64,000 nucleotides of DNA, taken from Dendrobates tinctorius. Lineage: Eukaryota. The notes beneath the pieces are model-generated. The model was not told the DNA's origin, searched no databases, and saw only the letters and a program-made list of their open reading frames with translations. Location of the stretch: assembly GCF_039654945.1 (NCBI RefSeq), contig NW_027361818.1, positions 8,246,001-8,310,000 on the forward strand, in the 5' to 3' direction. Made by a program: the position numbers and the translations under genes. Positions 13,759 through 27,685 of the stretch are shown here, in pieces (within the stretch, counting starts at the first letter, position 1; every line of letters starts with the position of its first letter).

Positions 13759-14514
13759 CTCTTACCAAACACCTCCAGCTTTTATGACACAGCAATGTGA
13801 TGGATTAGCTTACAGCAGAGCCCAGTGTCATTACAGAACTCTAGTACTGGCTTTCCTACAGCAGTCAGTGTGGTGGGAGGTAAGTGCAGATGAGCTTACA
13901 GCCCTTGGAGAGCTGCAGTATGTGTATGTCATTACAATCTACCCTGCTGAAAACCTCTCCCCACATCAGCTGCTGGAAGAAGGCTGGAGGTTTTCATGAT
14001 TAACTCGGCTGCACTCAACCTACCCTTACTTTTGCTGCGATGTGATAGCTGCAGGTGTTTGTATTGACAGTCTTGTCTGCAGTATTTCTCCCCCACACTG
14101 ACTGCTGTGATGTGAAAGCTGGAGGTGTATGTAATTAAATACTGATCACTGCGCACTAACCCAGGGACGACTAATCTTTACACAGCAAGTGAGGGAAAAA
14201 AAAATAAAAAAGCCTGGACTGCCCAGAGATCATTTTAAGATTAGTGTCCTGCCTGGACTTACAGAACACATCAAAGCAGATGATGAAGTAGAGATTGTGA
14301 CAGCTGGTGCCCCCAGCTGTCACAGCCAGACTCCTCACAAGATTTACATGTTTAGGAAGCATCACTGATTGTGCTTCCTTCTCCAGACCCAGTGATCACT
14401 CGTGTAGGAGATTCTGCCCTAGGCAGGTGGATGAAATTTATAATGCAGGTCAATTATATTAAATGTGAACAAGGGATTAAAGGTATATCTGATCTTCCAT
14501 CATACAACCCGAAG

Positions 14515-14546
<32 letters not shown>

Positions 14547-14776
14547 ACCCCACACACAAAGCCTCCATATAGAAATGCAGAGCTGAGAAAGTTATGGCTC
14601 TGAAAGGGGCAATGCAAATATAGATTTTTTTTAATCAGTCACCACTAGTGGGAGCTGTAGAGACATGTGCAGTGAGCTCCCTCTAGTGGTGGCTGCAGGG
14701 AGACCATGCAGGAGATAGAGTCCTTTATGGACAAAATAAAGAACCAGAGACATTTTAGAAAATACAATTGTTTTAT

Positions 14777-16618
14777 TTATTTAATAAAGAGGTGAACTGT
14801 GAGGACGACTGCACCAACAGTAAAAGCGGAGATGACGGCCAGGCCAAGCGACAGTGCCCAGGTCCATGTAGACCACGACGTCTCTCTGGCTGCAGAGGAA
14901 TAAAGGACGTGTTAACCTGATAAGATTGAGTGCATGTAGTGGTCAGGTGTGGTACTTACCAACGTGCTGATACGCGACACCACTCTGATGTCCCACAATT
15001 TGGACAGGGCCTGCAGATACCAACTCTGTGGCCAGGGGGGCAGATCTTTTATCTAGAGAAGAAAAAGAAAGAAACCATCTACAGCAAGAATCCTAAGTAT
15101 GAGTCTGTTACAAGTCAAACTTCCAGGCTTACCCATAGGGCGATCTGTCTGGTTACAGATTTTGGTGCAGCTCTCAGGGTGTGTGAGGGCATCACAGATT
15201 ATAACCTTGCAGTGGATGAAGAGCTGAAGGGAAAGTGGGAGTTCATGAATAGGTTGTAGTTAGTGTTACACCCCACCACCTAGGACCCTTCCCTTACCTG
15301 ACTTATTGGGGCTTCATGAAGCTTCATCTTGAACCTGAGAGACCCTTCTGGAGAAGCCTCGACATCCGTGGAGACATGTTGTGCCTCAACACCACAACTG
15401 AGAAAGAAAACCACAGTAGTGTGACAGTACAAGAGGGGTGGTCTCTCCTACAGAAGGGGGTTCTGACAAGTCCTGGCAGATTTGAGCAGTTGCACTGCTG
15501 AGGTGGCCAAGCGATGCACCCATCACCCCAGCAATGCTGTAGACCAAGTGGTGGCCCATGTGGGGCAACAGCTCCATGACAGAGCCCTGGTCTCAAGATC
15601 AGTGGTCTTCAATGAGGTCTTGACCTCTGGCCAATCTGCTCTAGTATCGCCTCATCCTATGGATCGATGCTTTAGGTGTTACATCAAGGCCCAACCAGGC
15701 AGAAGCCCAGTCTGCAGAGTCACAGGGTATTAGCGCCTGCAGCCATTAGGCCAAGAAGTTCTCATCCTGCCCATTGTTCATAACCCAGTCCCTTTTGCAG
15801 TTAGTTCCTTGCCTGGAGATGGTCATGTTTGGATCACCAGCTTGCAGGACACATGCAGTAAGGTCTACTCACCCATCCATGATGAGATTCCATTGTGTCA
15901 TGCCATTTTTGCCAGGCAGTGTAGTGGCCCAGCAGTCCTTCAGCTCAGCCATGGGTTCTGGACTCTGCACATCTGCCTGGAAGTGTAGGACATCAGTAGG
16001 CTGCACAGATACTGGGAAGTCTCCATCCTGGTGAAAGGATGTGTAGCTCTCATCTGTGGGAACGTTATATGATGGGTCAAGGCAGGAGCAAGATGGTGGC
16101 ACAGTTACAGCACATTACTAGAAGGGTCCACCACCCGACCCTTACCTTTAGCAAGTTTCAGATCAGCCATGTGGGTCCTGGCTCTCCTCCGCAATACTGG
16201 AAGACAAACATCAAATAAACCTTTCCTCCCCCAAGACAACTGCTATTCTACAGATTAACAGGGCTTGAAGTGATGGGCATCAACAGATGAGTCCAAGCCA
16301 ATGCCTTAGCAGTGCAAGTAGTGGATGGACATGCCATAAGGCAACATGCATGAAGACCCATGGGCCAAGATCTGCACTAGTAAGGAGTAGATGGTGTATG
16401 CCAAGGGAATGTCATAATCTATGGTTTAATTTTAAGTGCATTTATCCTGACTTGGGGTTTATTTTTCCATCTCTATGAGAGAAATTTAGTAATTGTCTCA
16501 TTGGTCACTGTCTATTTGCCAGGCGCCCATTACAGCCTTTGTGGTTTGCCTTCCCTGAAGACCTGAATGCCTTCTTCCAGCACCCCGATTTGACATGTTC
16601 CTCCCTGTTGCCATAGCC

Positions 16619-16649
<31 letters not shown>

Positions 16650-19600
16650 ATTTGTAGGTCAATACTGCCAGGAGCCATTTGCAATCTGATCAGCAGGACA
16701 GCCAGCTATATGAAGGAGCTACAGGTTTTACAACAAGATTGTAGGATGGTAAAGAGGCTCAGTTCAGAGAAAGGGAGACTATATAATATATTATATCACA
16801 AATGTGTTAGGTGGGGTGTGACCAGAATCAGTGCCCTTTTGTTCTGAATACCAGAGTAGCGAGTGAAAGGCCAAAGCACATGTTCAAAGCTGAAGATACT
16901 TGGTTAGATGTTAAATGGGTATCTAGCACCATGGAGAAAGTGATCAGAGCCACCTTTTGCCTTAGACGTGGCAATTCCAGAAATGGTGTTCCGATGTTGG
17001 CCACTGATCCACAAGTTGTCTCTGATTGGGTATCTGCAGCGTAGCGTCAGCCTAGAATGTAGGAGATGTCAGGTTAGCGGTGGCTCTACTAGAACAAGAT
17101 TAGATGTAAATGAAGGCCACTACCTGTAGGAAGAGTCCCTGGAAATAATGGGTTGTTCTGGAAAAAGCACCTGGCGATCAAAAGTCACTTCGTTCTCATA
17201 CACCAGGTAGTCACCGTCAAACTGGAAACAGGAAGGTTAGACTTTAATAAGAAGCTTGATGTGTAGCTTTACTAAGCTAGCCTTTTAGATGGCTGGTGGT
17301 TCTGAAGAGCAAGAGACCAGGTTAGACATTTACCTTACATATGCATTAAAGGTTGTGTCTTTCTGACCTGAGATCACCCCATGGTTTATAGGTTACAAGT
17401 GGCTTTTGGTCAAGGTTAGATTTAGGCTACAAGACCCCTGAATATTTATTTTTTTTAGCACCAAATGCCCAAGGTGTCTTACCCGGCGTGTGGTCCCACA
17501 TGTGTAGGCTGCAAAGGTGAACAGAGCCTTCTCGGATGTAGCCTCCTTAGGAGTACAGTTAGGATCCCTCAAATGGGCTTTGTGGGCATCAAATGCAGGT
17601 TTGGTGACAGTGCTGTCGACAACAGCAATCATGGTACCATTGGATATGCAGACTATGGTAGGAAGAGACTCATGTTAGACATAGGTTTTTGACAGGCAAT
17701 TGTGGTCCCAAGAGAAGAGTACTTACTCAGACCCCGGGTAGGGAATGGGCAGCTGATGGCATGAGAGAATCTTATTTCCTGAGTTATATTGTGACGAAAT
17801 GTGAAGTTTAGGCTGACGACAGACCTGTCCAAGCCGACTACCTGCAAGACATCAGGAGCTACATGCAACTACTCAACCTCTAGGCCGCTTTACAGCACTG
17901 CTTTCCAGAAGTTACCACATCCATTGACAGGTCCTCAGATCTGGAAAGGTTTTACATGCGTCACTACAATGACAACTGAAAATTAAGTTTCGCAACTTTA
18001 GCTGAATAGACTACAAGCCTCAATGCCAGGAGTTTAAGTAGTTGCATAAGTAGAAATTTTCCATGAGGTGGATTTTTCCCCCAGAAGAAAAATCTTAACA
18101 TAAAACCCGGCCACATACGTGAGGTTTTGGGACTCAACCATAGTTGACAACACTATAGAATGGATTTACCTCGTAGGTCAAGCCAACTGCAGTATATGGC
18201 ACCTCGATGTCCAGAGCAGTCACAGAATTTTGGACAATGATATTTTGAGAGGTGATCAGGGCATTGTTCAGAGGGAGCTCCCGGATGTATGGTAGCCAGT
18301 AGTAGTCCATATTTCCCCTTTCCACGTTAATAACCAGATGATTGTTTTCACAGTGACTGGTGATGGTTGGTGGTACTGGAAGGTGAAGCATCACATGCAA
18401 ATCAGACACAAGTATGAAGAGTGGTGGTACACAACAACCTTCACCTACCAGCATCCTCAATTATACAATCCACCACACCAGAGTAGGTCATGTTCTTGTT
18501 CTGGGGCAGGAGGACCAGGATATAGGTCACGTAGAGTCTATATCGCCTTTTAAAGCCACCAAGATACTAAAAAGGTACATAAAAAAAAACAAAAAAAAAA
18601 AAACACAAGTATGAGCCCATAAACCATAGAAATAGTCACAACAGGTCTAAAACCCAAGACTACAACTGAGCTCAGAAGGATGGGGTCTCTGTAGAAATGT
18701 TAGCAATCTTTGCCCTTAAACAGCATAGGGAGTACCTGGTACTGCTACAGCCAGTCCCAAAACAATCCCAGCTCTTAGCAGTTCCTACCGTTTGTTCCAC
18801 AACAGGGTCCGAGAAAGGCACTGTAAGGTAAAAAGCACGAGTGTTGTTGGGATGAACGGCAGTCTCAATAGTCATCTTTCTCCGGGGCAATTCATCAAGG
18901 GCAAGAGGGACGCTGTAGATTATGAAGGACTTGACATTCATGTCTGAATAGAAGTTTCCCAGGGACACATTGAAGTAGCCATCCTCTTTAATGGTGTCTA
19001 GAAGGATTGGAGACTCAAGTCAATTTTATAGTTTAGATCTTAGACTTAAGCCCCAGAGGCTGGGAGTTGCCAAAGACTACATATTTCAACCAATACAAGG
19101 CTCGCACTTACGGTTTAGAAACACAGGAACATGTATAACCCTTGGGGAAGTGATTGGCTTGTAAGATGTATGTGTGGTAGAGTCATCTTCATTGATGCCC
19201 AACCACTGGCGCTGAAGGAGGAGGTGGATTCTGTACTCAGTCATGTAAGTGTTATTGATGATATCACTCTGAAAGGCAAGTCTCAGAATGTATAATTAAA
19301 GAAATTCATGGTTAGCATGTGGACAAGGAGCTGCTCAGAAGAACGAAGGCTTGAACCTTGACTTACAACCAAAAAAAAAAAAAAAAAAAAAAAAAGGCGC
19401 AAGAATACCCGAAGTACGTCTGGATTTCTAGAGTCATGGGTGAATGTTCTCCTTGTGGAGGAAGCCAAGCTGGAGTAGCGAGACTTCTAGACCATGTAGT
19501 GACTGCTCCCCTGGCAAAGCAGCATTTTAGTGCCACCTACTGGAGGTAGCAATCCCAAGTCAAAATGACATCTTAAGGATGTGGCCAGATTTAGAAGCCA

Positions 19601-22341
19601 AGCAAAACATCTTGCAGAAGTGCATGTCTGGGTTTTAGGATTTGTACTAAAGCTACTGTCCCCCAACTGCATATGAAAAAGCTTTATGATTACAGTATAA
19701 GTTAAGGGTGGAGATTGGCTGAAGTCATGCCTATGCCAAGTTTGTAGCTTGAGTAAGTATCATGAACACCCACCACATGGTAGGACATTCTGAACACTAC
19801 ATTTTACACCAACCTCTATGTAGCCTCCAGGAGCTCCATATGGAACAGTCACCTCCACCTCGTTAATGTCAGAACGCAGAATGTACTTGTATGCGGTAAT
19901 TTGGGTTGAGTTTATGAGTTTTCCATTGACCCCCATTGCAATGTCATTCATAGTGACGTCTCCACTGATTAGAGGGCTAAGGACCACCGGAGAGAACCAG
20001 GAGAGCACGCTGTCCGTGAACACAGGAGGATCTGTACAGAAATTGAGAACATTAGCTTTAAGACCTGTTTGTTAGACCACCAAGCAGCTTTAGAATCCAC
20101 ATTCTAGATTGGCATGTCCCACAATTTTACCGTTAGGACAAGCAATTGTAGTGTCCACAATGATCCGGAGAAGTGTCTGAGAATACAACATATTGCTCGC
20201 GACGACGTCAAGATGGAAGTTACCAAGCTGCAGAGAATTAGACAGTGTGTGTCATACCCATCATGACAATGTGGTGGACCCATTAGTATCCCTGGGTATA
20301 TCCTACCACAACAATTTGAGACTCGGGGGTGACATATGGGGACCTGAAGAGCACTCGAGTCACAGTTGCATTGACTCCATAGCCTTTATTGATGGCATCT
20401 TGGGCTGGAATTGGTACATTTGAGTTGTTGAACCAAACTTGCCACCTCTGAGAGATGCTAACCTGCAATTGTGAGGGAAATACAAGTTTTCATAAAACAA
20501 AAATTGAGTTTTGGGGAATGCCCACACTAGGAAGAGGCAGTGAGGACACATGGCCAAGATGTTTACCACCATAGTTTAAGCCTACCAGATAGGTACTGAG
20601 GGAGAGTCTGAAATATGGACAGAGTTTGGAGCCACTGTCACCCATTGAACCAGTGACTACAAAGTCACCAAGTAGTGGAAGATTATAAAGATGAGATATC
20701 CCAAAAAGGTTAACAAGCAGAGTAGCTTGGTAGATCAATACCATTAAAGAACCCCACTCACCACAGGTCCAGATAGATTAATTATCTTTAAGATGGCAGC
20801 TGGTATAATCCTTGTAACAGACACCTGGAAACCAGAGAAATCGGTACAAGCCCATAGTTATGAGATCTGTTGACCACAATAAGGGTCATGAAATTAAGGG
20901 ATTTGAGTTGTCTCCTCATTACCCATGATTTGTAGGCAATACCTCCATGTAGTTCTCCTCACAGACGATCTCCCTCACGTCCCAGGCATCAGGGATACAT
21001 GACATGGACACGGGATAGAGCGCGAGACGGCCATTTTGGTTTACACTGAATTGCACCTTTATATCGAACTGCTGATCATTCTGAAGACAATCCAGAGGAA
21101 GATGAAGTGGTGAGAAGACCTCCCAGTCAGTCTCATGTAGATAGTGTACTTTAGAGGCCTTATGAAGGACAGATACTTACTATATTTTTCACCCAGCAGC
21201 CAAGGAAGGAAATCCTGACTTCCACATTGCCATACACATCATTGGTGATGGTATAACCGCATTGTGCTGCTCGGTTCATCTGCATCACATCCGGGAAGCC
21301 AGTATCATCTGCAACAGAGGAGATTGTGAGAATACAAAAGGTGGAGATGTCTGCTGAACTACTACAACGTGGACGGCCAACTTACTCAACGCCTCCAGCT
21401 GCCACTGCTTAGACACCAAGAATGCTTGGTCCACCAAGATCCAGAACGAACGAGACCGACATTCTGTTTGGAGAACACCTACACAAGACATGGTCAGGAT
21501 GAGTACAGACAAGGCTATACACAGCAACTTTAGAGCTAAGCTTCTTTCGCATTAGGACAACTAGAAGTCTTGTGAAGATCTTCCAAGATACCTCAATTTC
21601 CAATGAGCACCTTCCCACATCAAAGCAAGTCACATTTGAGTCTTCTGGGACAACTCCACACAAGTCAAAGTTTGCCATCTCTACACTATGCATTAGGCAA
21701 CTCAGGTTGACATTTACAGCCAACCATGGTGACCACACCATTTATATTTTATGGGGACTGGGAAGCAGATCCCCCAGCAATTTAACTTGTCCAAGGCAAA
21801 ACTGCTCCCACTCTCCATACAGAATGGTCTCAAACATTAAGGATCCCTTCAAGACAAGAACAAATTTCAGCTTAAGGTATAATATTTTAACTTACCCAAA
21901 GGGAAAGTCAGGGTTTGTGCCAATGAAGGGGCACTCAGCGAGAGCAAGGTCACACTAAAACCAAAAGGCAATCATGTCAAAATCCCAAACATGGAGGAAG
22001 TTGAGGAGTTCTACTGTGCACCTACTATAGACATACATGTGGCGAGAAGTGGCAATGCCAGGACTATAGGGTCAGACAGCAGTCAGAGCCAAGTATGGGA
22101 TCTGTGTGCAACGCAAGGAGAGTGATACTGTGCAGTCTAGAGAAACGCTGCAGACGGTCAGTGGTAGGCAGAGCCTATACAACCAGAATAAAGCTCAAGG
22201 GCACCATAGAAGACAGACCTAGGACGGTGCACAACCAGCAGAAAGAGAAGCAGGACTGCACGATTGCAGAGACTTGTAGTACCACAGCAATCCACACACT
22301 GCAACCAATGCCACTTACCCAAGAAGAAACATAAAGTACAT
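14777..22341 (-). CDS. Zona pellucida / egg-envelope glycoprotein of the ZPAX/ZPY type, 924 aa, complete
   Basis: 23 GT-AG exons totalling 2775 nt in frame: 22341-22319, 21954-21896, 21478-21386, 21308-21181, 21080-20943, 20824-20762, 20462-20307, 20227-20131, 20031-19814, 19268-19112, 18997-18789, 18566-18449, 18375-18170, 17841-17727, 17652-17483, 17221-17124, 17051-16954, 16196-16146, 16053-15873, 15397-15298, 15223-15133, 15052-14960, 14889-14777. Features: signal peptide MYFMFLLGVTLLSLSAPSLA; ZPAX-like WDVREIVCEENYMEVSV; ZP module (TCGTTRRF..YENEV..ISRDSSYRLTLRCRY; DCWAT..QWNLIMDGC; FIHCKVIIC); KRS site; hydrophobic patch LVSAGPVQIV; C-terminal TM helix. ZPAX versus ZPY orthology not resolved. 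Confidence 0.93.
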
Positions 22342-22435
22342 GACTATGGACCCTGGTCAGGAAACCAGGCCCACCACAAACACAACCCAGTATTAGAAAG
22401 CCAGGCAGCACAAGGCTGAGGCGTCGCGGGGGCCT

Positions 22436-22456
22436 CTTATAACGAGTGGCCAGGTG
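22436..22456 (-). promoter_or_regulatory. ZP gene core promoter: TATA box plus E-box
   Basis: Minus-strand TTATAAG (22436-22442) ~95 nt above the ATG and CACCTG (22451-22456). E-boxes bound by FIGLA are established in ZP promoters. Confidence 0.6.
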
Positions 22457-23220
22457 ACCACAATTATGGCCACTAATTACTGATCAGGGCTTCTGGGTCT
22501 CTCCGTACTATTTTCTATTGCCGTTCGCATGTTCGGTCTTGAGAGTCTTTTTTTCTTCCCACCAGGCATTTTTTTTTTTTTTTTTTTTTAAAGCCTGAAG
22601 TGAGAAAAAAAATTGACATCTCCCAAATTAGTCAGGTCTAAAGGCTTAAAGAAAAAAATCCTTCAAAAACAGCTTCAGAAAATGAAAACCCCCTGAAGAC
22701 GGAGCGCTGTCACTGCTTTTGACCACTGTTAAAAAAAAAAAAAAAAACCAACACTGGACCCAATTCAGCACTTGGGTTTATTTAATCACTTTTCTTTCTT
22801 GTCTTGTTTTTTTTTTCTTTTTGCGCCAAGTTCTTAGAATAAAGGAAGCGTCTTTTCCACATTTTTATTAGTGCTCTATTCTTCGCAGGTTTTACACTGA
22901 GACGCCGCTCTACGTCTACAATCCAAGTCACTGGGATCTATAAAAAAAAAAATCTGGTTGTATTTTTGAGCATTTTGTCAACATTTTCACCAAGATTTTA
23001 TCCATTTCTTAATGAATTAAATATAAACTTTAGAAAAAGAAACAAAAAAACACAGAAAAAGACGGGTAACAAACATGCTGGCAGAAAAAAAAATTAACAA
23101 AGCGCTTAAGGAAAAGGCCGCAAAAAACATGGAAAAAAAACACCTGGAAAAACGCCAGAGAAAAGGAGACATTCCAAAAAAGTGGGAAAATGGAGGTTTT
23201 TGACCTCCGACAAAAAAAAA

Positions 23221-26200
23221 TACAGTGTGAACGCTCCCTTATTATATGGGGGGGGGGTAAACGCTCCCTTATGATATGGGGGGGTGCAGTGTGAACGCTC
23301 CCTTATGGTATGGGGGGATACAGTGTGAACGCTCCCTTATGGTATGGGGGGATACAGTGTGAACGCTCCCTTATTATATGGGGGGGGGTAAACGCTCCCT
23401 TATGATATGGGGGGGTGCAGTGTGAACGCTCCCTTATGGTATGGGGGGATACAGTGTGAACGCTCCCTTATGATATGGGGGGATGCAGTGTGAGCGCCCC
23501 CTTATGGTATGGGGGGATGCAGTGTGAGTGCTCCCTTATGGTATGGGGGGGATGCAGCGTGAACGCTCCCTTATGATATGGGGGGGATGCAGCGTGAACG
23601 CTCCCTTATATGGGGGGGATGCAGTGTGAACGCTCCCTTATATGGGGGGATGCAGTGTGAACGCTCCCTTATATGGGGGGGATGCAGTGTGAACGCTCCC
23701 TTATATGGGGGGATGCAGCGTGAACGCTCCCTTATGATATGGGGGGGATGCAGCGTGAACGCTCCCTTATGATATGGGGGGAATACAGTGTGAACGCTCC
23801 CTTATGATATGGGGGGATGCAGTGTGAATGCTCCCTTATGATATGGGGGGGATGCAGCGTGAACGCCCCCTTATGATATGGGGGGATGCAGTGTGAACGC
23901 TCCCTTATATGGGGGGAAGCAGTGTGAACGCTCCCTTATGGTATGTGGGGATACAGTGTGAACGCTCCCTTATGATATGGGGGGGATGCAGCGTGAACGC
24001 TCCCTTATGATATGGGGGGATGCAGTGTGAACGCTCCCTTATGATATGGGGGGATGCAGTGTGAACGCTCCCTTATGATATGGGGGGATACAGTGTGAAC
24101 GCTCCCTTATGATATGGGGGGGATGCAGCGTGAACGCTCCCTTATGATATGGGGGGATGCAGCGTGAACGCTCCCTTATATGGGGGGAAGCAGTGTGAAC
24201 ACTCCCTTATGATATGGGGGGGATGCAGCGTGAACGCTCCCTTATGATATGGGGGGATGCAGTGTGAACGCTCCCTTATGATATGGGGGGATACAGTGTG
24301 AACGCTCCCTTATGATATGGGGGGGATGCAGCGTGAACGCTCCCTTATGATATGGGGGGATGCAGCGTGAACGCTCCCTTATATGGGGGGAAGCAGTGTG
24401 AACGCTCCCTTATGGTATGTGGGGATACAGTGTGAACGCTCCCTTATGATATGGGGGGGATACAGTGTGAACGCTCCCTTATGATATGGGGGGATGCAGT
24501 GTGAACGCTCCCTTATGATATGGGGGGATACAGTGTGAACGCTCCCTTATGATATGGGGGGGATACAGTGTGAACGCTCCCTTATGATATGGGGGATGCA
24601 GTGTGAGCGCCCCCTTATGGTATGGGGGGATACAGTGTGAACGCTCCCTTATGGTATGGGGGGATGCAGTGTGAACGCTCCCTTATGATATGGGGGGATA
24701 CAGTGTGAACGCTCCCTTATGGAATGGGGGGATGCAGTGTGAACGCTCCCTTATGATATGGGGGATGCAGTGTGAGCGCCCCCTTATGGTATGGGGGGAT
24801 ACAGTGTGAACGCTCCCTTATGGTATGGGGGGATGCAGTGTGAACGCTCCCTTATGGTATGGGGGGATGCAGTGTGAACGCTCCCTTATGGAATGGGGGG
24901 ATGCAGTGTGAACGCTCCCTTATGATATGGGGGGGATACAGTGTGAACGCTCCCTTATGGTATGGGGGGATGCAGTGTGAACGCTCCCTTATGGTATGGG
25001 GGGGGATACAGTGTGAACGCTCCCTTATGGTATGGGGGGAATACAGTGTGAATGCTCCCTTATGATGTGGGGGGATACAGTGTGAACGCTCCCTTATGAT
25101 ATGGGGGGATACAGTGTGAACGCTCCCTTATGGTATGGGGGGGGATACAGTGTGAACGCTCCCTTATGGTATGGGGGGAATACAGTGTGAACGCTCCCTT
25201 ATGGTATGGGGGGGGATACAGTGTGAACGCTCCCTTATGGTATGGGGGGGGATACAGTGTGAACGCTCCCTTATGGTATGGGGGGAATACAGTGTGAACG
25301 CTCCCTTATGATATGGGGGATGCAGTGTGAGCGCCCCCTTATGGTATGGGGGGGGATACAGTGTGAGCGCCCCCTTATGATATGGGGGGATACAGTGTGA
25401 ACGCTCCCTTATGATATGGGGGATGCAGTGTGAGCGCCCCCTTATGGTATGGGGGGGGATACAGTGTGAACGCTCCCTTATGGTATGGGGGGAATACAGT
25501 GTGAACGCTCCCTTATGATATGGGGGGATACAGTGTGAACGCTCCCTTATGATATGGGGGGATACAGTGTGAACGCCCCCTTATGGTATGGGGGGAATAC
25601 AGTGTGAACGCTCCCTTATGATATGGGGGGATACAGTGTGAACGCTCCCTTATGATATGGGGGGATACAGTGTGAACGCTCCCTTATGGTATGGGGGGAA
25701 TACAGTGTGAACGCTCCCTTATGATATGGGGGGATACAGTGTGAACGCTCCCTTATGATATTGGGGATGCAGTGTGAGCGCCCCCTTATGGTATGGGGGG
25801 GGATACAGTGTGAACGCCCCCTTATGGTATGGGGGGGATGCAGTGTGAACGCTCCCTTATGATATGGGGGAATACAGTGTGAACGCTCCCTTATGATATG
25901 GGGGATGCAGTGTGAGCGCCCCCTTATGGTATGGGGGGAATACAGTGTGAACGCTCCCTTATGATATGGGGGGATACAGTGTGAACGCTCCCTTATGATA
26001 TGGGGGATGCAGTGTGAGCGCCCCCTTATGATATGGGGGATGCTGTGTGAACGCCCCCTTATGATATGGGGGGAATACAGTGTGAACGCTCCCTTATGAT
26101 ATGGGGGGATACAGTGTGAACGCTCCCTTATGATATGGGGGGATACAGTGTGAACGCCCCCTTATGGTATGGGGGGGATACAGTGTGAACGCCCCCTTAT

Positions 26201-27262
26201 GGTATGGGGGGGGATACAGTGTGAACGCTCCCTTATGGTATGGGGGGAATACAGTGTGAACGCTCCCTTATGATATGGGGGGATACAGTGTGAACGCTCC
26301 CTTATGATATTGGGGATGCAGTGTGAGCGCCCCCTTATGGTATGGGGGGGGATACAGTGTGAACGCCCCCTTATGGTATGGGGGGGATGCAGTGTGAACG
26401 CTCCCTTATGATACGGGGGGATACAGTGTGAACGCTCCCTTATGATATGGGGGATGCAGTGTGAGCGCCCCCTTATGGTATGGGGGGGGATACAGTGTGA
26501 ACGCTCCCTTATGATATGGGGGATGCAGTGTGAGCGCCCCCTTATGGTATGGGGGGGATACAGTGTGAACGCTCCCTTATGGTATGGGGGATGCAGTGTG
26601 AACGCTCCCTTATGGTATGGGGGATGCAGTGTGAGCGCCCCCTTATGGTATGGGGGGGAATACAGTGTGAACGTTCCCTTATGGTATGGGGGATGCAGTG
26701 TGAGCGCCCCCTTATGGTATGGGGGATGTAGTGTGAGCGCCCCCTTATGGTATGGGGGGGGATACAGTGTGAGCGCCCCCTTATGATATGGGGGATGTAG
26801 TGTGAGCGCCCCCTTATGGTATGGGGGATGTAGTGTGAGCGCCCCCTTATGGTATGGGGGGGGATACAGTGTGAGCGCCCCCTTATGGTATGGGGGGGGA
26901 TGCAGTGTGAACGCTCCCTTATGATATGGGGGGATACAGTGTGAACGCTCCCTTATGGTATGGGGGATGCAGTGTGAACGCTCCCTTATGGTATGGGGGG
27001 GATGCAGTGTGAACGCTCCCTTATGGTATGGGGGGGATGCAGTGTGAACGCTCCCTTATGATATGGGGGGATACAGTGTGAGCGCCCCCTTATGGTATGG
27101 GGGGGATACAGTGTGAACGCTCCCTTATATGGGGGGATGCAGTGTGAACACTCCCTTATGGTATGGGGGGGATGCAGTGTGAACGCTCCCTTATATGGGG
27201 GGATACAGTGTGAACGCTCCCTTATGGTATGGGGGGGATACAGTGTGAACGCTCCCTTATGG
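23221..27262. repeat. ~35-bp G-run minisatellite (CAGTGTGAACGCTCCCTTATGRTATGGGGGGATR)n
   Basis: Visible array between the divergent ZP and RANGRF promoters. Confidence 0.97.
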
Positions 27263-27369
27263 TTTATGAGGTAATGTAAACGAAAGTGCATTAGAAAAAA
27301 TGAGTAAAATTGTGACATTATAAATTCCAACTAGAAAAGGGGCTAATCAATAACCAATAAAAAACGAAA

Positions 27370-27630
27370 TGCGCATGTGCAGCGCTATACTCGTAAATTT
27401 GGGTTTCATAATCGTAAATGCGCATGCGTAGAAACCACACTTGCCGAAAACAGTCCAATACGTCGTGATTAACAAATTACCGTAATATTTCTAAATCTGC
27501 CCAGGAGCAAATTAAAAAATAGTGACCTCCGAAATGCAAATGGTGGTGTAGTACAATCCTTACGGTAACACAGTCTCACACCGGAAGCAGATATTTCTTC
27601 CGGTGCATCACGGTAAATGTAGTTTGGAGG
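27370..27630 (+). promoter_or_regulatory. RANGRF housekeeping-type promoter
   Basis: NRF1-like TGCGCATGTGC (27370) and TGCGCATGCGTA (27419), ETS CCGGAAG (27581) and CTTCCGG (27597), ZNF143-like GGTAAATGTAGT (~27612). Confidence 0.6.
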
Positions 27631-27685
27631 TGAATTTGCCGGTAGAAGTGTTTCCTGGTAGTTGTCACCGGCCAGAAGTATCAGA

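Noticed and set aside
13550-13999. 149-aa ORF
   Set aside because: Starts at TTG inside a hAT MITE; no motifs or splice structure.
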